In this document: positions 1 through 13,138 of the stretch, piece after piece
How positions within the stretch are numbered: position 1 is the first letter of the stretch
How the letters are laid out: every line of letters starts with the position of its first letter
NCBI RefSeq assembly: GCF_009914755.1
Contig: NC_060936.1
Source: the human T2T-CHM13v2.0 reference genome, Homo sapiens
Strand: one strand, 5' to 3'
Length of the DNA stretch: 64,000 nt
Position numbers and translations under genes: made by a program
Notes under the pieces: generated by a model
Told to the model about the DNA's origin: nothing
Database searches by the model: none
The model's input: only the letters and a program-made list of their open reading frames with translations

Positions 1-703
1 TTCTTAAAAAGTCAAGAAACAACGGAGACTGGCGAGGCTGTGAAGAATTAAGAACAATTTTACACTGTTGGTGGGAATGTAAATTAGTTCAATCATTGTG
101 GAAGACAGTGCTGTGATTCCTCAAGGATCTAGAACCAGAAATACCATTTGACCCAGCAATCCCATTACTGGGTATATACCTAAAGGAATGTAAATCATTC
201 TACTATAAAGACACATGCACACATATGTTTATTGCAGCACTATTTACAATAGCAAAGAGATGGAACCAACCAAAATGCCCATCAATGATAGACTGGATAA
301 AGAAAATGTGGCACATATACACCATGGAATACTATGCAGCCATAAAAGGGAATGAGACTGTGTCCTTTTCAGGGACATGGATGAAGCTGGAAGCCATCAT
401 CTTCAGTAAACAAACACAGGAACAGAAAACCAAACACCACATGTTTTCACTCATAAGTGGGAGTTGAACAGTGAGAACACATGGATACAGGGAGGGGAAC
501 AATACACACCGGGGCCAGTTGGGGGGTTGTGGGGGAGGGGAGGGAGAGCATTGGGACGAATAGCTAATGCATGCAGGGCTTAAAACCTAGATGACAGGTT
601 GATAGGTGCAGCAAAGCACCATGGCACACATATACCTATGTAACAAACCTGCACGTTCTGCACTTGTATCCCAGAACTTAAAGTAAAATAAAAAAAATAA
701 ATA
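1..703 (+). mobile_element. L1PA 3' fragment (ORF2 C-terminus, 3' UTR, A-tail); may extend left of window
   Basis: ORF 225-467 matches the ORF2p end (MFIAALFTIAK...LISGS); G-rich 3' UTR; A-rich tail 681-703. Confidence 0.93.
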
Positions 704-2427
704 AATTGATGAGCAAATGTTTGAACATGTTTCCACAAGGTGCAATATGAATCATGCCAGGAGCTCCTTGGATGTGGTGGAGCATATTCTCCTGTAGAGG
801 ATTTTTTCGTCTTTGTAGGCAACCAAAGGAAGGAACACTTTCTGAAATCTTTGTTTGTGAATAGGGAAGATAACTCTGGAATGTAGTGCCTGGCACTTTG
901 TGGCAGACAATTTGCTTTCAAAATCATGGCTGATTAAGTTCTCATAGGCATGTAGCCAGGTTCCATGAGGGAGATTCTATGACAGACAACCAGAGAATTT
1001 CAAGCCATCTGACCCGCTTTAGTGCACAAGGAAAGAAAGTTTGTGCACAAAACTGTTTGGGGGTGACAGAAGAGGTGGTGGTTATTAAAGAGTGGAAGTT
1101 TGGACTAAGAAACACAAAAGGAAAAACTGTTGCTTGGGTGATTCTTGGCCCATATGAATGTGAATATGGCATCAATCATCACTAATGAGAAAGCAGCCAG
1201 TTTGAAAATCGTGTTCACTTAATTATATCAACACAGCAGACACCTTCTGGGCAGTCTTCCCACGTTGAGATAATTATCTTTCTTTTTTCCCTTTCTTCCT
1301 GATAATTGCTTCCTCTCATCTCTGCTCACACATGTGAGTGGGTGGTTAGCAATCATCTTTATATCGGGTCACATTCCCTTGGTACTGATTGGACAGTTAA
1401 CCGGCTGAGCTGGACCAATCAGACTCTATGATTTGAAATAAGTTAGTGTTGGTGGCAACTGCAACAAGTCTCTATATTGTGTCTGCCATGTGCATGGAAG
1501 AGCAGAATTAATCATTCCACAGAGTGAGAAAAAGAAAGCAAAGAGAGGAGCAGAGCTGAGAGGCAGAGAGACAGGCCTGGTTACCTGTTTCCTGGTTCCA
1601 GTCATTGGTGAGGTTCTAGCACTGTCAGCATGTCAGTTGAGCAGAATTCCCTATATTAGTATGAAAAATCTCTCCTCTTAATTTTCAGTGGGCGTCTGTA
1701 CTCTGTAAGTAGAGTCATTACTAACAATTTCAACATACTACTTAATTGTTATTGAGCCCTACACTTTCTTAAGTACTTTTCATGCAAGACAAGCTTATAT
1801 GTTAGGGGTTCTGATCTCCACATTACAGATATGGCAGCTGAGGCAAAGAGAATAAGGATGTTGGTTCACCATCCCCCAGGTTTTAGGTTTCAGATCCAAG
1901 CCGACTGACTGAAGAAGATGAGAGAGGAAATTATTTTGTATTGAGAAGATGAACCAAAGAAATTGGAAGAATTAGATATGGGCAGCAAAGACTGATGATG
2001 TATGATACATTGTGAAAGCTGGCATCAGAAACAAGAGGGTAAAAATGATGGCAGTATTTTGGTGGAAATGGATAACGTGTGACAGTAAATTTGAACATTG
2101 AGGGAGAGATATGAAAAGCTGAAGGGAACAATGTATTGTATGTCGTATATTTTGCTGAAATACAATTAAAGGGTAGAAAGTGGGTGGGGATAGAAAGGGT
2201 TGGTGACCCGAGAGATATTGTGTCCTCTATGTGGAATCTAACATAGGGAAAATATGAACAGTTCAGATTTCAGTCAATGGAGAACATGACTCTCCATGAG
2301 TTAAAATATGAATGAAAAAGTGAAGACTCTTTTTATTGTAGATGACAGGAATTCAACTAAAATTAGCAGGGCAAGGACTGATTTCTTTCCTTTTTTTTTT
2401 TTTTTTGCTCATGCGACAGGGAAAGAT

Positions 2428-2690
2428 GATGTGTGCATATGTGTGTACACGTATTAGTGTGATTATAGGTATGAATGTATGTGTGAATATGTGTGCACAC
2501 ATGAGCGTACAGCTGTGTGCATGCTAGCTACTATGTAGATAATGTGGGTGCATGTATATGTGTGGGCCAGAATGCACATGTGTGCATGTGTGCCAGCACA
2601 TGTGAGTGTATGCATGTTTGTATGTGTGCTTATATATGTGAGCATGCACACGTTGTGTGCTAGTGTGTGCATCTGTGCACATACAGGTAT
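2428..2690. repeat. Degenerate (TG)n/(CATG)n low-complexity tract
   Basis: Alternating purine-pyrimidine sequence such as tgtgcatgtgtgccagcacatgtgagtgtatgcatg. Confidence 0.8.
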
Positions 2691-3298
2691 ACTCCAGCAT
2701 CAGGCATTTCGGTATCTGGGGCTTCCATAACCAATGTTGTCAGAGCTCTTATCCCTCCCCTGCTACCCATCAGAAGTGGGTCTTCTCTTTGACCTCCTGC
2801 CTCCTCCTCAGGCAGCAACAGCTCCAGTCCCGGTGACCTGGGACCACTGAGCCCAGAGCAGCACTGAACTTAGAGCGGCAGGTGCTACTCGGCCTTAAAT
2901 TCTGCAGGAGGGCAGGGAGGAGCTTCTGTCCCAGAAGACCTGAGCAAATATCCTCACAGCTCATTGGCCAGAACTGAATCACTTGATTATCCCCGAACCA
3001 ATCAGTGTGGTGTGGGAGATGGGATGTGCTGATTGGCTTGTAAAGGCCCACCCAGTCAGCTTCCTGGAAGTCCCTGGACTATTGCTAGGAGTAGTCTTGG
3101 ACACCCGGGAGTCCCACTGCAGAGGTTTATTCCTAGTCTCTTGCAGGGTGAGCTCCGGTACAGCCTGCGTATGCTCTGATTCTGTCCATAGAGGGTTGAC
3201 CTGGATCCAGTCAGGTGGTATAGCATACAGAGAACACAATTTTGGAAAGTGTAGAGACAAACATTTTTAGTGTAATACCCTTCAATGTGTTTAACTTA

Positions 3299-3668
3299 TG
3301 TTAAAATAAAAATTTTAGATGATTAAATGTCACATAGTTTAATTGAGCAAAGAATAGTTTGTGAATTGAGCAGCTCACAGAACGAAAAGAGGTTTAGAGA
3401 CCTCTGCTCCGAAATGTGGGCAGATAGCATTTATGGACAGAAAATGGAACGAGGTATAGAAACAGTTTATTGATTAGTTTGCTTTATCTGAACCTAGACT
3501 GATCAATTGGCTGCCTGTGATTGACTGAAGCTCGGTTGCTGTGGTTGGTTGAGACACAGCTATTTGTTACTAAAATACCTGAAGTTAGGGTTTCAGTTAG
3601 TTTAATTACAGTTGTTCATGTGGGGACTCAAAGCATAGAGGTATCCTCAGACCAAATTTAGTTTAACA
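3299..3668 (-). mobile_element. ERV1-class solo LTR (MER57-like)
   Basis: TGTTAAA...TTTAACA terminal inverted ends; flanks ctta/ctca resemble a 4-bp TSD. Confidence 0.7.
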
Positions 3669-4952
3669 CTCATAACAGTACAAAATTAGCATATAAAATA
3701 TGGACTGTCATCAAGAGTTTGGTTGAGAAAAATGTAGAAATCAATGTAAAGTCAGCTCTATTACCACAAACACTTTAAGAATATTTTCATCACCCCCATA
3801 TTAAATCCCATACCCATTAGCAACTATTCCTCATTTTCTCCAACCCTTCCCAGCTCTAGGCAACCACTAACCTACTTTTGAGCTCCATTTATTTGTCTAT
3901 TCTGGACATTTCATATAAACGGAATCATACAATATTTTGGTCTTTAAAGTCTGACGTTTCACATAGCATAATAGTTTCAAGGTTCATTTACACAGTAGCA
4001 AGTATCAGTTTATTCCTTTTTATAACCCAATAATATTTCATTTGAAATTTTACTCATCCATCAATAGGTGGACAATTGGGTTGATTTCACTTTTTGAGTT
4101 TTATGAATAAAGTCACTATGGACATCTGTAAACATGTTTTTGTGTGGGCATATGCTTTCATTTCTTTTGAGCGTATACTTAGGAGTGGAATTTCTGGGTC
4201 ATTTGGTAAATCCAATATTTTACATTTTGAAAAACTGTTGAACTCTTTTCCACAGTGGTTGCACCATTTTACATAGCCATGAGCCATGAATGAAGGTTCC
4301 AGTTTCTTCATATCCTCTCCAAAAGTTATTATCTTTTTAATTATAGCCATTCCAGTCTGTGTCAAGGGGCATCAAATTGTAATTTTGACTTGTATTTCTC
4401 TAATGGCTAATGATATTAAGCATTTGTGGATTTTTATGAAAAATATAACTTGGAAAAATGTCTATTGAGGTCCTTGCCCATTTTAAAATTGAATTATCTT
4501 TTCATTTCTCAGTTTCGAGGTCTCTTTATATATTCTAGATATAAATCTTTATCAGGTATATGATTAGCAAATATTTTCTCCCATCCCGTGGGTTGTCCTT
4601 TCATTTTTCTGATAGTATTCCTTGAAGAACAAAGGTTTTCAGTTTTGATCAAGTCTAAATGTAACCAATTAACTTTTTATTCAATTGTACTTTTGATGTA
4701 ATATCTATGAAACCATTGGTTAATCAAAAGTCATAAAGTTTTCCACATTTTCTTCTAATATTGTATAGTTTTAGCTCTTATATTTAGATCTTTAATCATT
4801 TAGAATTAGTTTTTATGTATGGTTTGAATAAAGATAACTTCATTTTCTTTGCCAATGGCTACATAATTGTCCCATCACCACTTGTTGAAAAGGCAGTTCT
4901 TTTCTCCCATTGCATTGCTGTGGCACCTTTGAAAAAAAAAATCAATGGACCA

Positions 4953-5314
4953 TGAATTAGTCTGTTCTCATGCTGCTATGAAGAAATACTAGAGACTGGG
5001 TAATTTATAAAGAAAAGATATTTAATTGACTCACAGTTCCTCATGGCTGAGGAGGCCTCAGGCAACTTACAATCATGGTGGAAGGCACCTTTTCACAGAG
5101 CAGCAGGGGAGAAAAATGAGAGCCAGCAGGGGAAATGCCAGATGCTTATAAAACCATCAGTCTCCTGAGACTCACTCATTGTCTCAAGAACATCATGGGG
5201 GAAACCACCCCCATCATTCAATTACTTCCACTTGGTCCCGCCCTTGACTCGTGAGGATTATGGGGATTACAATTCAAGGTGATATTTGGGTGGGGACAGA
5301 GCGAAACCATATCA
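4953..5314 (-). mobile_element. MaLR solo LTR (MST family)
   Basis: ttagtctgttctcatgctgct...aaaccatatca termini; perfect 5-bp TSD GACCA (4948-4952, 5315-5319). Confidence 0.9.
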
Positions 5315-5609
5315 GACCAAAAATGTGTTTGTTTATTTAATTTCTATTCCATTGAATCATATGTCTATCTTATGTCAACATCACACTCTCTTGATTTAGA
5401 AAGTTTTGAAATCAGAAAGTATGAGTTTCAACTTTGTTCTTTTTCAAGGTTATTTGGCTATTCTGGGTCCGCTGCATTTCCTTATGAATAATAGAATTAG
5501 CTTACCAATTTCTGTTAGAAAAGCTGGAATTTTGATAGAAATTGCATTGGATTTGTAGGTAATTTTTTTGGGGGGTGGTATTGCCACCTTAAGAATATTG
5601 GATCTTTTG

Positions 5610-5966
<357 letters not shown>

Positions 5967-6691
5967 TTATGTATTCTTTCATTTATTTCAACAATGGTTT
6001 GGTTTTCAGAGCATGTTTTGTACCTCTTTCTTAGTTCATTCCTAAGTATTTTTTTTTCTCTTTTCGTGCTTTTGTAAATGCAATTATTTTCTTAATTTAA
6101 TTTTCTAATTTTCATTGCTATTCTATAGAAATACTATTTATATTTGTATATTGATCTTGTATCTTGCATGCTTGCTGAATTTGTTCATTGGTTCTAATTG
6201 TTATTAGTGGGTTCCATAGGATTTTCTATATATATAATAGCATGTCGTATGTAATGAGAGATAATTCACTTTTTCCTTTCTAATCTAGGTACCTTTTATT
6301 TCATTTTCTTCCCTAATTTTCTTGGCTAGAACTTCCTGTACAATGTTGAATAGAAATGGTGAGAGAAGATATCCTATCTTCTTGCTAATCTTACGGTGGC
6401 ATAAGATCGTCGTTAGTGACAAACTTTCACTGTTAAGCTTGATGTTAGCTGTGGGCTTTGGTAGATGCCGTTTATCAGAATGAGGAGTTTCTCTTCTATT
6501 CCTAGTTTGTTGATAGTTTTTAACATGGACTGGTTGTATATTTTGTCACGTGCTTTTTCTGTGTCCATTGAGTTGATCATGTGTTTTTGTTCTTTATTGA
6601 TATGCTCATTTTGCTAATTGATTTTCTGATGTCAAACTAACCCTACATTCCTGGGATACTGGGATAAATCTCATTAGGTTATGGTGTAAAA

Positions 6692-6735
6692 TCTCTCTCT
6701 CTCTCTCTCTCTCTGTATGTGTGTGTGTATATATG
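6692..6735. repeat. Compound microsatellite (TC)n(TG)n(TA)n
   Basis: Directly visible. Confidence 0.9.
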
Positions 6736-8267
6736 TTTTATTTAACCATTGTTGGTTTTATTATATAAACCAATGACAATGCAATGGGAGAAAAGAATTG
6801 CCTTTTCAACAAATGGTTAAAAAAATAAATATATGAAGCTATATATAGTTGGATTGGTTTTCTATTATTTTCTTGAAGAATTTCACATCTATATTCATAG
6901 GATATACTGATCTGGAATTTTCCTTTTATATGACTTCTTTGGTTTTGATACCAGGATAAAATTGGCCTTATAGAATGATCCAGGAAGATTTCCCTTCTCT
7001 GTTATTATTTGGAAGAGTTTGTCTAGGGTTGGTGTTAATTCTTCTTTAAATATTTTGTGGAATTTACCAGTGAAGATATCTAGACCTTGGCTTTTCTTTG
7101 TAGGTTTTTCTTCTTATTATTTTTGATTAGTAATCTAATCTGTTTACTTGTCATAGGCCTATTCAGACTTTGTATTTCTTTCTCAGTCAGTTTCACCAAT
7201 TTTTATTTGTCTTTTTAGGGATTTGACCATTTCCTCTTAGGTTACGCAATCTGTTTGCACACAAGTATTCATAACATTTATCTACAACTCGTTTTTATTT
7301 CTGTAAAGTTAGTTGGAATGTCCCTTCTTTCATTACTGACTTTTATAACTACTTGGGTTTTTTTCTCCCTTTTCCTTGGTGAGTCCAGGTAAAGGTGTAT
7401 AAATTTTGTTGATATTTTAAAAAAAACAATTTTTGGTTTTGCTGATTTTTCTCTATTTTTTTCTATGATATATTTCATTAATTCAGCTCTAATGTTTATT
7501 TTATCCTTTCTTATGATGCTTTAGGTTTAGTTTGCTTTTCTTTTCCACTGTCTTAAGGTAGAGCATTAGGTTATTAATTTGAGAACTTATATTTTTATAT
7601 AAGCATTAACTACTTATATTCTTACTGTTTCCATGTAAACACTATATTAGCTACATCCCATAATTTTGGTGTACTGTGTCTTCATTTTCATTAACCTCAT
7701 AATGTTTTCTAATTTCTCTTGTTATTTATTGGCTGACTGATTGGTTATTTAGTAGTGTATTAATTTCAAAATATTTGTTAATTTCTCAAGTTTATTTATA
7801 TTTTCTAAATTTCTGATTTAAGTCTATCATGATCCGACAACATTATTGGTATGATTTTAACTTATTTAAATTAACTGTGGCTTGATTTATGGCCTAGAAT
7901 ATGGTCTATAGTGGAGCATTTTCCTTGTACACTTAAGGAGAATATGTATTTTGTTGTTGTTTTGTGGAGTATTTTATAGATATGTTAGGTCAAATTCGTT
8001 TATAATGTGGTTTGAGTCTTCTATTTCCATGTTGATCTTCTTTCTAGTTGTCCTACTCATCGTGAAAGTTGGGAATTTAAGACTCCCACTAGTATTGTTG
8101 AATTTTCTATTTATTCTCTCAGTTCTGTCCATTTTTGCTTCATAGATCTGGGGCTCTATTTTTTGGTGAACATATATTTATAATTGTTATTTCTTCCTAA
8201 TATATTGACCACTTTATCATTAAAAAAGGTCCCTTTTAATTTTAATTTTTTAAAAAATGACCAATAA

Positions 8268-8570
8268 GGCCAGGCACGGTGGCTCACGCCTATAATCCCA
8301 GCACTTTGGGAGGCCAAGGCAGGTGGATTGCAAGGTCAGGAGTTTGAGACGAGCCTGACCAACTTGGTGAAACCCTGCCTCTACTAGAAATACAAAAATA
8401 CAGGTGCATGCCTGTAATCCTAGCTACTCAGGAGGCTGAGGCAGGAGAATCGCTTGAACCCGGGAGGTGGAGGTTGCAGTGAGCTGAGATCGCTTGCCAC
8501 TGCACTCCTGCCTGGGCACCAGAGCGAGACTCCATATCAAAAATAAATAAATAAACAATAAAATAAAAAT
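8268..8570 (+). mobile_element. AluS with a small deletion at the start of the right arm, inserted in a short L1MA 3' fragment
   Basis: Alu consensus; TSD aaaaaatgaccaata on both sides. Confidence 0.93.
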
Positions 8571-8854
8571 AAAAAAATGACCAATACAATTGTGTGTATT
8601 TAATTGTACAACATGATGTTTTGAAGTATATATATATAATATATATAAAATATATATTATATATATACTTCAAACAGTATATATTTTTAATGTTACTAGA
8701 CAACAGTATGACAACTATATATACTTGTCATACTGTTGTCTAGTAACATTAAAAAATCCATCTTATGTTTATGTAGCCACTCTGGCTTTCTTATGGTTGT
8801 TATTTGGATGATACATGTCCCTCTGTCCTTTTCCTTTCAATCTAATTTATCTTT

Positions 8855-9766
8855 AAAAATATATTTTTTTATTTTTTATTTTTGATTATATATATGTAGT
8901 GGGTGTTTATATTATATATATATTTATATATTATATAAAAATATATATGATATATATTTATATATTGTATAAAAATATATATGATATATATTTATATATT
9001 GTATAAAAATATATATCATATATATTTATATATTGTATAAAAATATATATATCATATATATTTATATATTATATAAAAATATATATATCATATATATTTA
9101 TATATTATATAAAAATATATATATCATATATATTTATATATTATATAAAAATATATATATCATATATATTTATATATTATATATTATATATTTATATTTT
9201 ATTTTTATATTTATATTATATATATTTTTTATATTTATATTTATATATCATATTATATTTATATATTATATAAAAATATCATATATATTTATATATTATA
9301 TAAAAATATATATCATATATATTTATATATTATATAAAAATATATATCATATATATTTATATATTATATATAAATATATATCATATATATTTATATATTA
9401 TATAAAAATATATATCATATATATTTATATATTATATATAAATATATATCATATATATTTATATATTATATAAAAATATATATCATATATATTTATATAT
9501 TATATAAAAATATATATCATATATATTTATATATTATATAAAAATATATATCATATATATTTATATATTATATAAAAATATATATCATATATATTTATAT
9601 ATTATATAAAAATATATATCATATATATTTATATATATATTATACACCCACTATATTATATATATATAATATAGTGGGTGTTTATATTTATGGGGTACAT
9701 GAGATACTTTCATATGGGCATACATGTGTAGTAATCACATCAGAGTAAATGGGATATCCACAACCG
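8855..9766 (-). mobile_element. Short L1MA-type 3' end insertion containing an expanded AT-rich array
   Basis: tatttatggggtacatgagatac...aatcacatcagagtaaatggg L1MA 3' end; TSD aatttatcttt (8844-8854, 9767-9777). Confidence 0.75.
8914..9643. repeat. AT-rich minisatellite, about 34-bp unit (catatatatttatatattatataaaaatatatat), about 20 copies
   Basis: Periodic lone C, e.g. 9484 and 9518; explains spurious ORF 9033-9473. Confidence 0.92.
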
Positions 9767-10559
9767 AATTTATCTTTGAATTCAAAATATTTCTCCTGTA
9801 GACAACATAGTTGGATCTTCCATTTTAATCCAGTCTGTTAATCTGCCTATTTGTTGAATTGTTAAATTAGTTAACATGAATGTTATTATTGCTATGTTTG
9901 AATTTACATTTTCTACTTTACTCTGTTTCCTGTATGTCTCATATCACTTAAATTTTCTAGTGTAACATTTTAATTTCTTTAATGATATCTTCACTATTTT
10001 TGAGTTATTTTCTTAATAGTTGTTAAGAGGTTTACCATATATCTTATCAGATAAACTTCAGATTTTATAACTTAAGTCCAGTGAGATACAGAAGCATTAA
10101 TTTTATATAACTTCTTCCTATTACCCGTTTGTGCTATATTTGTTATAGATATTACATGTCTATATGTTATAAAGACAATAATGCATTATTATAATTAGAC
10201 TTTATATAATGTTATGTCTCAGAAGCATAGAGAAGAGGTAGAGCAAGTACATATTTATATAGTTTGTTTATTAACTTCCTCAGGTACCATTTCTGGCTTG
10301 CTCATTTTATTTGATTCTGTGAATCAAAGTTTCCATTTGATGTCATTTTCTTAGTCTCATACAGTTTTGCTCCCACCTACATTCTTTTTGCTGTTATTGT
10401 TAAATATATTACATTTATTCATGTTATTGGCCCAACAATATAATTGTATACATACTGTTTTATATTATTGATTTTAAAGCAGTTAAGAAAGGAAGAAAAA
10501 GAAATATACTTTCATACTGTGTCTTACAATTATGTAATTTCTTTTACTGGTACTCTTCT

Positions 10560-11207
10560 AATTTCAACATTTTTTTTAGAAATGTGAGTACATGTGCATA
10601 TTTTTTACATGGGAATATTTCATGGTGCTGAGACATGGAGTGTGGATCCTGTCACCCAGGTAGTGAGAATAGTGCCTGATAGTTTTTTAACCCATCCTCT
10701 CACCCTCTACTCTATAGTAGTCCACAGTGTCTGTTCTCTTACTTATGTCCACGTGTGCTCAATGTTTAGTTGCCACTTATAAGTGAGAACATGCAGTGTT
10801 TACTTTTTGGTTCTTGTGTTAATTTGCTTAGGATTATGGCCTCCAGCTCCATCCATGTTGCTGCAAAGGACATGATTTCATTCTTTTTTTATGGCTGCAT
10901 AGTACTCCATGGTGTATATATCCCACATTTCTTTATCCAGTCTACCACTGATGGGCACCTGGGTAGATTCCATGTCTTTGCTATTGTGAACAGTACAGCA
11001 GTGAACATATGAGTTCATGTGTCTTTTTGGTAGAATTACTTATTAAAAATTTGAAAAACAACAAATGCTGGCAAAGCTGTAGAAAAAAGAGAACACTTTT
11101 AGTGGGAATGTAAATTAGTCCAGCCCTTGTGGAAAGCAGTCTGAAATTTTCTGAAAGAACTTAAAACAGAGCTACCATTAGACCCAGCAATCCCATTATG
11201 GATATAT
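10560..11207 (-). mobile_element. Older L1P (L1PA15-16/L1PB-like) 3' fragment with 5' inversion
   Basis: Antisense 3' end to about 11042, then sense L1 sequence 11043-11207 from immediately upstream in the consensus. Confidence 0.8.
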
Positions 11208-12223
11208 GCTTTTTAAAAAATGTGGATTCAGATTACTGTCTAGGTAACTTGCTTTCAGTTTGAAGAACTTCCTTTACCATTTCTTGTAAGGTGGGGCTGC
11301 TAGCAACTCTTTCTCTTAGTTTCTGTTTATCAAGAATATATTAATTTCCCCTCATTTTTGAAAGATAGTTTTGCCAGTTGTAGGATTCTTGGTTGACAGT
11401 TTACTTTTTGAGCCTTTTGAATGTTATCCTGCTGTCCTCAGGTTTTATTATTTCTGATGAGAAGTCAGCTATTAATTTTATTGAGTTTCTCTTATACAAG
11501 ATGAGTCATTTTTCTTTTGCTGTTTTAAGTATTTTCTCTGTGTCTTTGTCTTTCATAATTTTTACTGTGATGTGTCTGAGTGTGAATCTCTGTCTCTATT
11601 CTACTTGAAGTCTGAACTTCTTAGATGTGTAGACTAAAATTTTTATTAAATTTGGGGATGTTTTCAATCATTATTTCTTCAAATATTTTTTCTACTCCTT
11701 TCTCTTTCTACTCTTCCTAGAATTCTCATCATTCCTTTATAGATATATATATATGATATCTGTCTGTCTATCTATCTATCTATCTAGATGCTTAATGATG
11801 ACCACATTTCTCTTAAGCTCTGTTCACTTGTATTGATTCTTTTTTCTCCTTTGTTCCTTGGATTGCATAATCTATATCAGTCTATCCTCAGTCTTGCTGC
11901 TTATTTCTTCTTCCACCTCAAATCTATTTTGAGCTAATCTAGCAAATTTTTCATTTAAGTTTTTCTACTTTTCAACTCTGCAACTTTCATTTGGTATTTT
12001 TTAAAATTTCTTTTTCTGATATTGTCTATTTATTGGTACATTGTCATAGTGCCTTCTTTTACTTCTTTATGCTAATTCTGAACATATTTATGTCTTTAAA
12101 GATATTTCTACATTGTTTAGAAATATTTATACTGGCTGCTTTCAACTCTTTGTTACATTGAACATCTGTGCTCTCTCATAGGCAGTATCTGGTACCTGTT
12201 TTGTTTTTTACCACTGTGAGTGG

Positions 12224-13122
12224 TGTAGGGGCCAAGGCTAAACTTCCACTTTGCCTTCTGAAGACTTGCTGAAAAATCAACTGACAAAAGGCAGATTAAT
12301 AGGAGAAAAGTCATACACATTTATTAATGTGCAAAGAAGTCACATAAAGAATTCAAAGAAATAGCTTAATGGTTGACACTTTTTTTATTATACTTTAAGT
12401 TTTAGGGTACATGTGCACAACATGCAGGTTACATATGTATACATGTGCCATGCTGGTGTGCTGCATCCATTAACTCGTCATTTAACATTAGGTATATCTC
12501 ATAATGCTATCCCTCTCCCCTCCCCCCACCCCACAATAGGCCCCAGTGTGTGATGTTCCCCTTCCTGTGTCCACGTGTTCTCATTGTTCAATTACCACCT
12601 ATGAGTGAGAACATGCGGTGTTTGGTTTTTTGTCCTTGCGATAGTTTGCTGAGAATGATGGTTTCCAGCTTCATCCATGTCCCTACAAAGGACATGAACT
12701 CATCATTTTTTATGGCTGCATAGTATTCCATGGTGTATATGACACTTTTATACCGTCTCGAGGTTACAGAAAAAATGGAGGCTTGGACTATGGCAAAAGA
12801 GGTTATAGGAGAGGCAGAAGAGGAAGCCTGGCTGGCAAAGGTGGTCTTGCCATGTAGCTGAAACCCCACAAGGAGCAGCCCTCAGAGAAGAGATAGTAAA
12901 TGTTTCTTTCAGGCCTTTAAAGTTGTCAGGCTTATTTCCTCGATCTGCACAAGGGAGGGTCCTCAGAGAAAGCTTAGCCATATCAATGTAGAGTATCTAC
13001 AGATGCAAATTTGCTCCACAAAAGACAGCTTTGCAAAGCTACTTCTGTTGTCAGGTCCTTTGAACAGCCGTCTAAAAATATATCGAAATATATTTTAAGA
13101 ATGAAATATTTAGTTTCCTTCA
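12224..13122 (-). mobile_element. ERV1-class solo LTR (MER39-like) split by an L1PA insertion
   Basis: TG...CA termini; perfect 4-bp TSD GTGG (12220-12223, 13123-13126). Confidence 0.8.
12384..12739 (-). mobile_element. Young L1PA (PA3-5-like) 5'-truncated 3' end
   Basis: tatactttaagttttagggtacatgtgcac 3' terminus; ORF2 tail (ORF 12588-12869); TSD tgacactttt. Confidence 0.93.
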
Positions 13123-13138
13123 GTGGGTAACACTTTTC

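Noticed and set aside
490-545. G-quadruplex-like G runs
   Set aside because: Standard L1PA 3' UTR polypurine tract, present in thousands of copies.
9033-9473. 146-aa Ile/Tyr-rich repetitive ORF
   Set aside because: Translation of the AT-rich minisatellite; no real start codon or splice context.
8914-9643. Regularly spaced about 34-bp repeats resembling a CRISPR array
   Set aside because: Head-to-tail tandem units without unique spacers, no cas genes, mammalian context.
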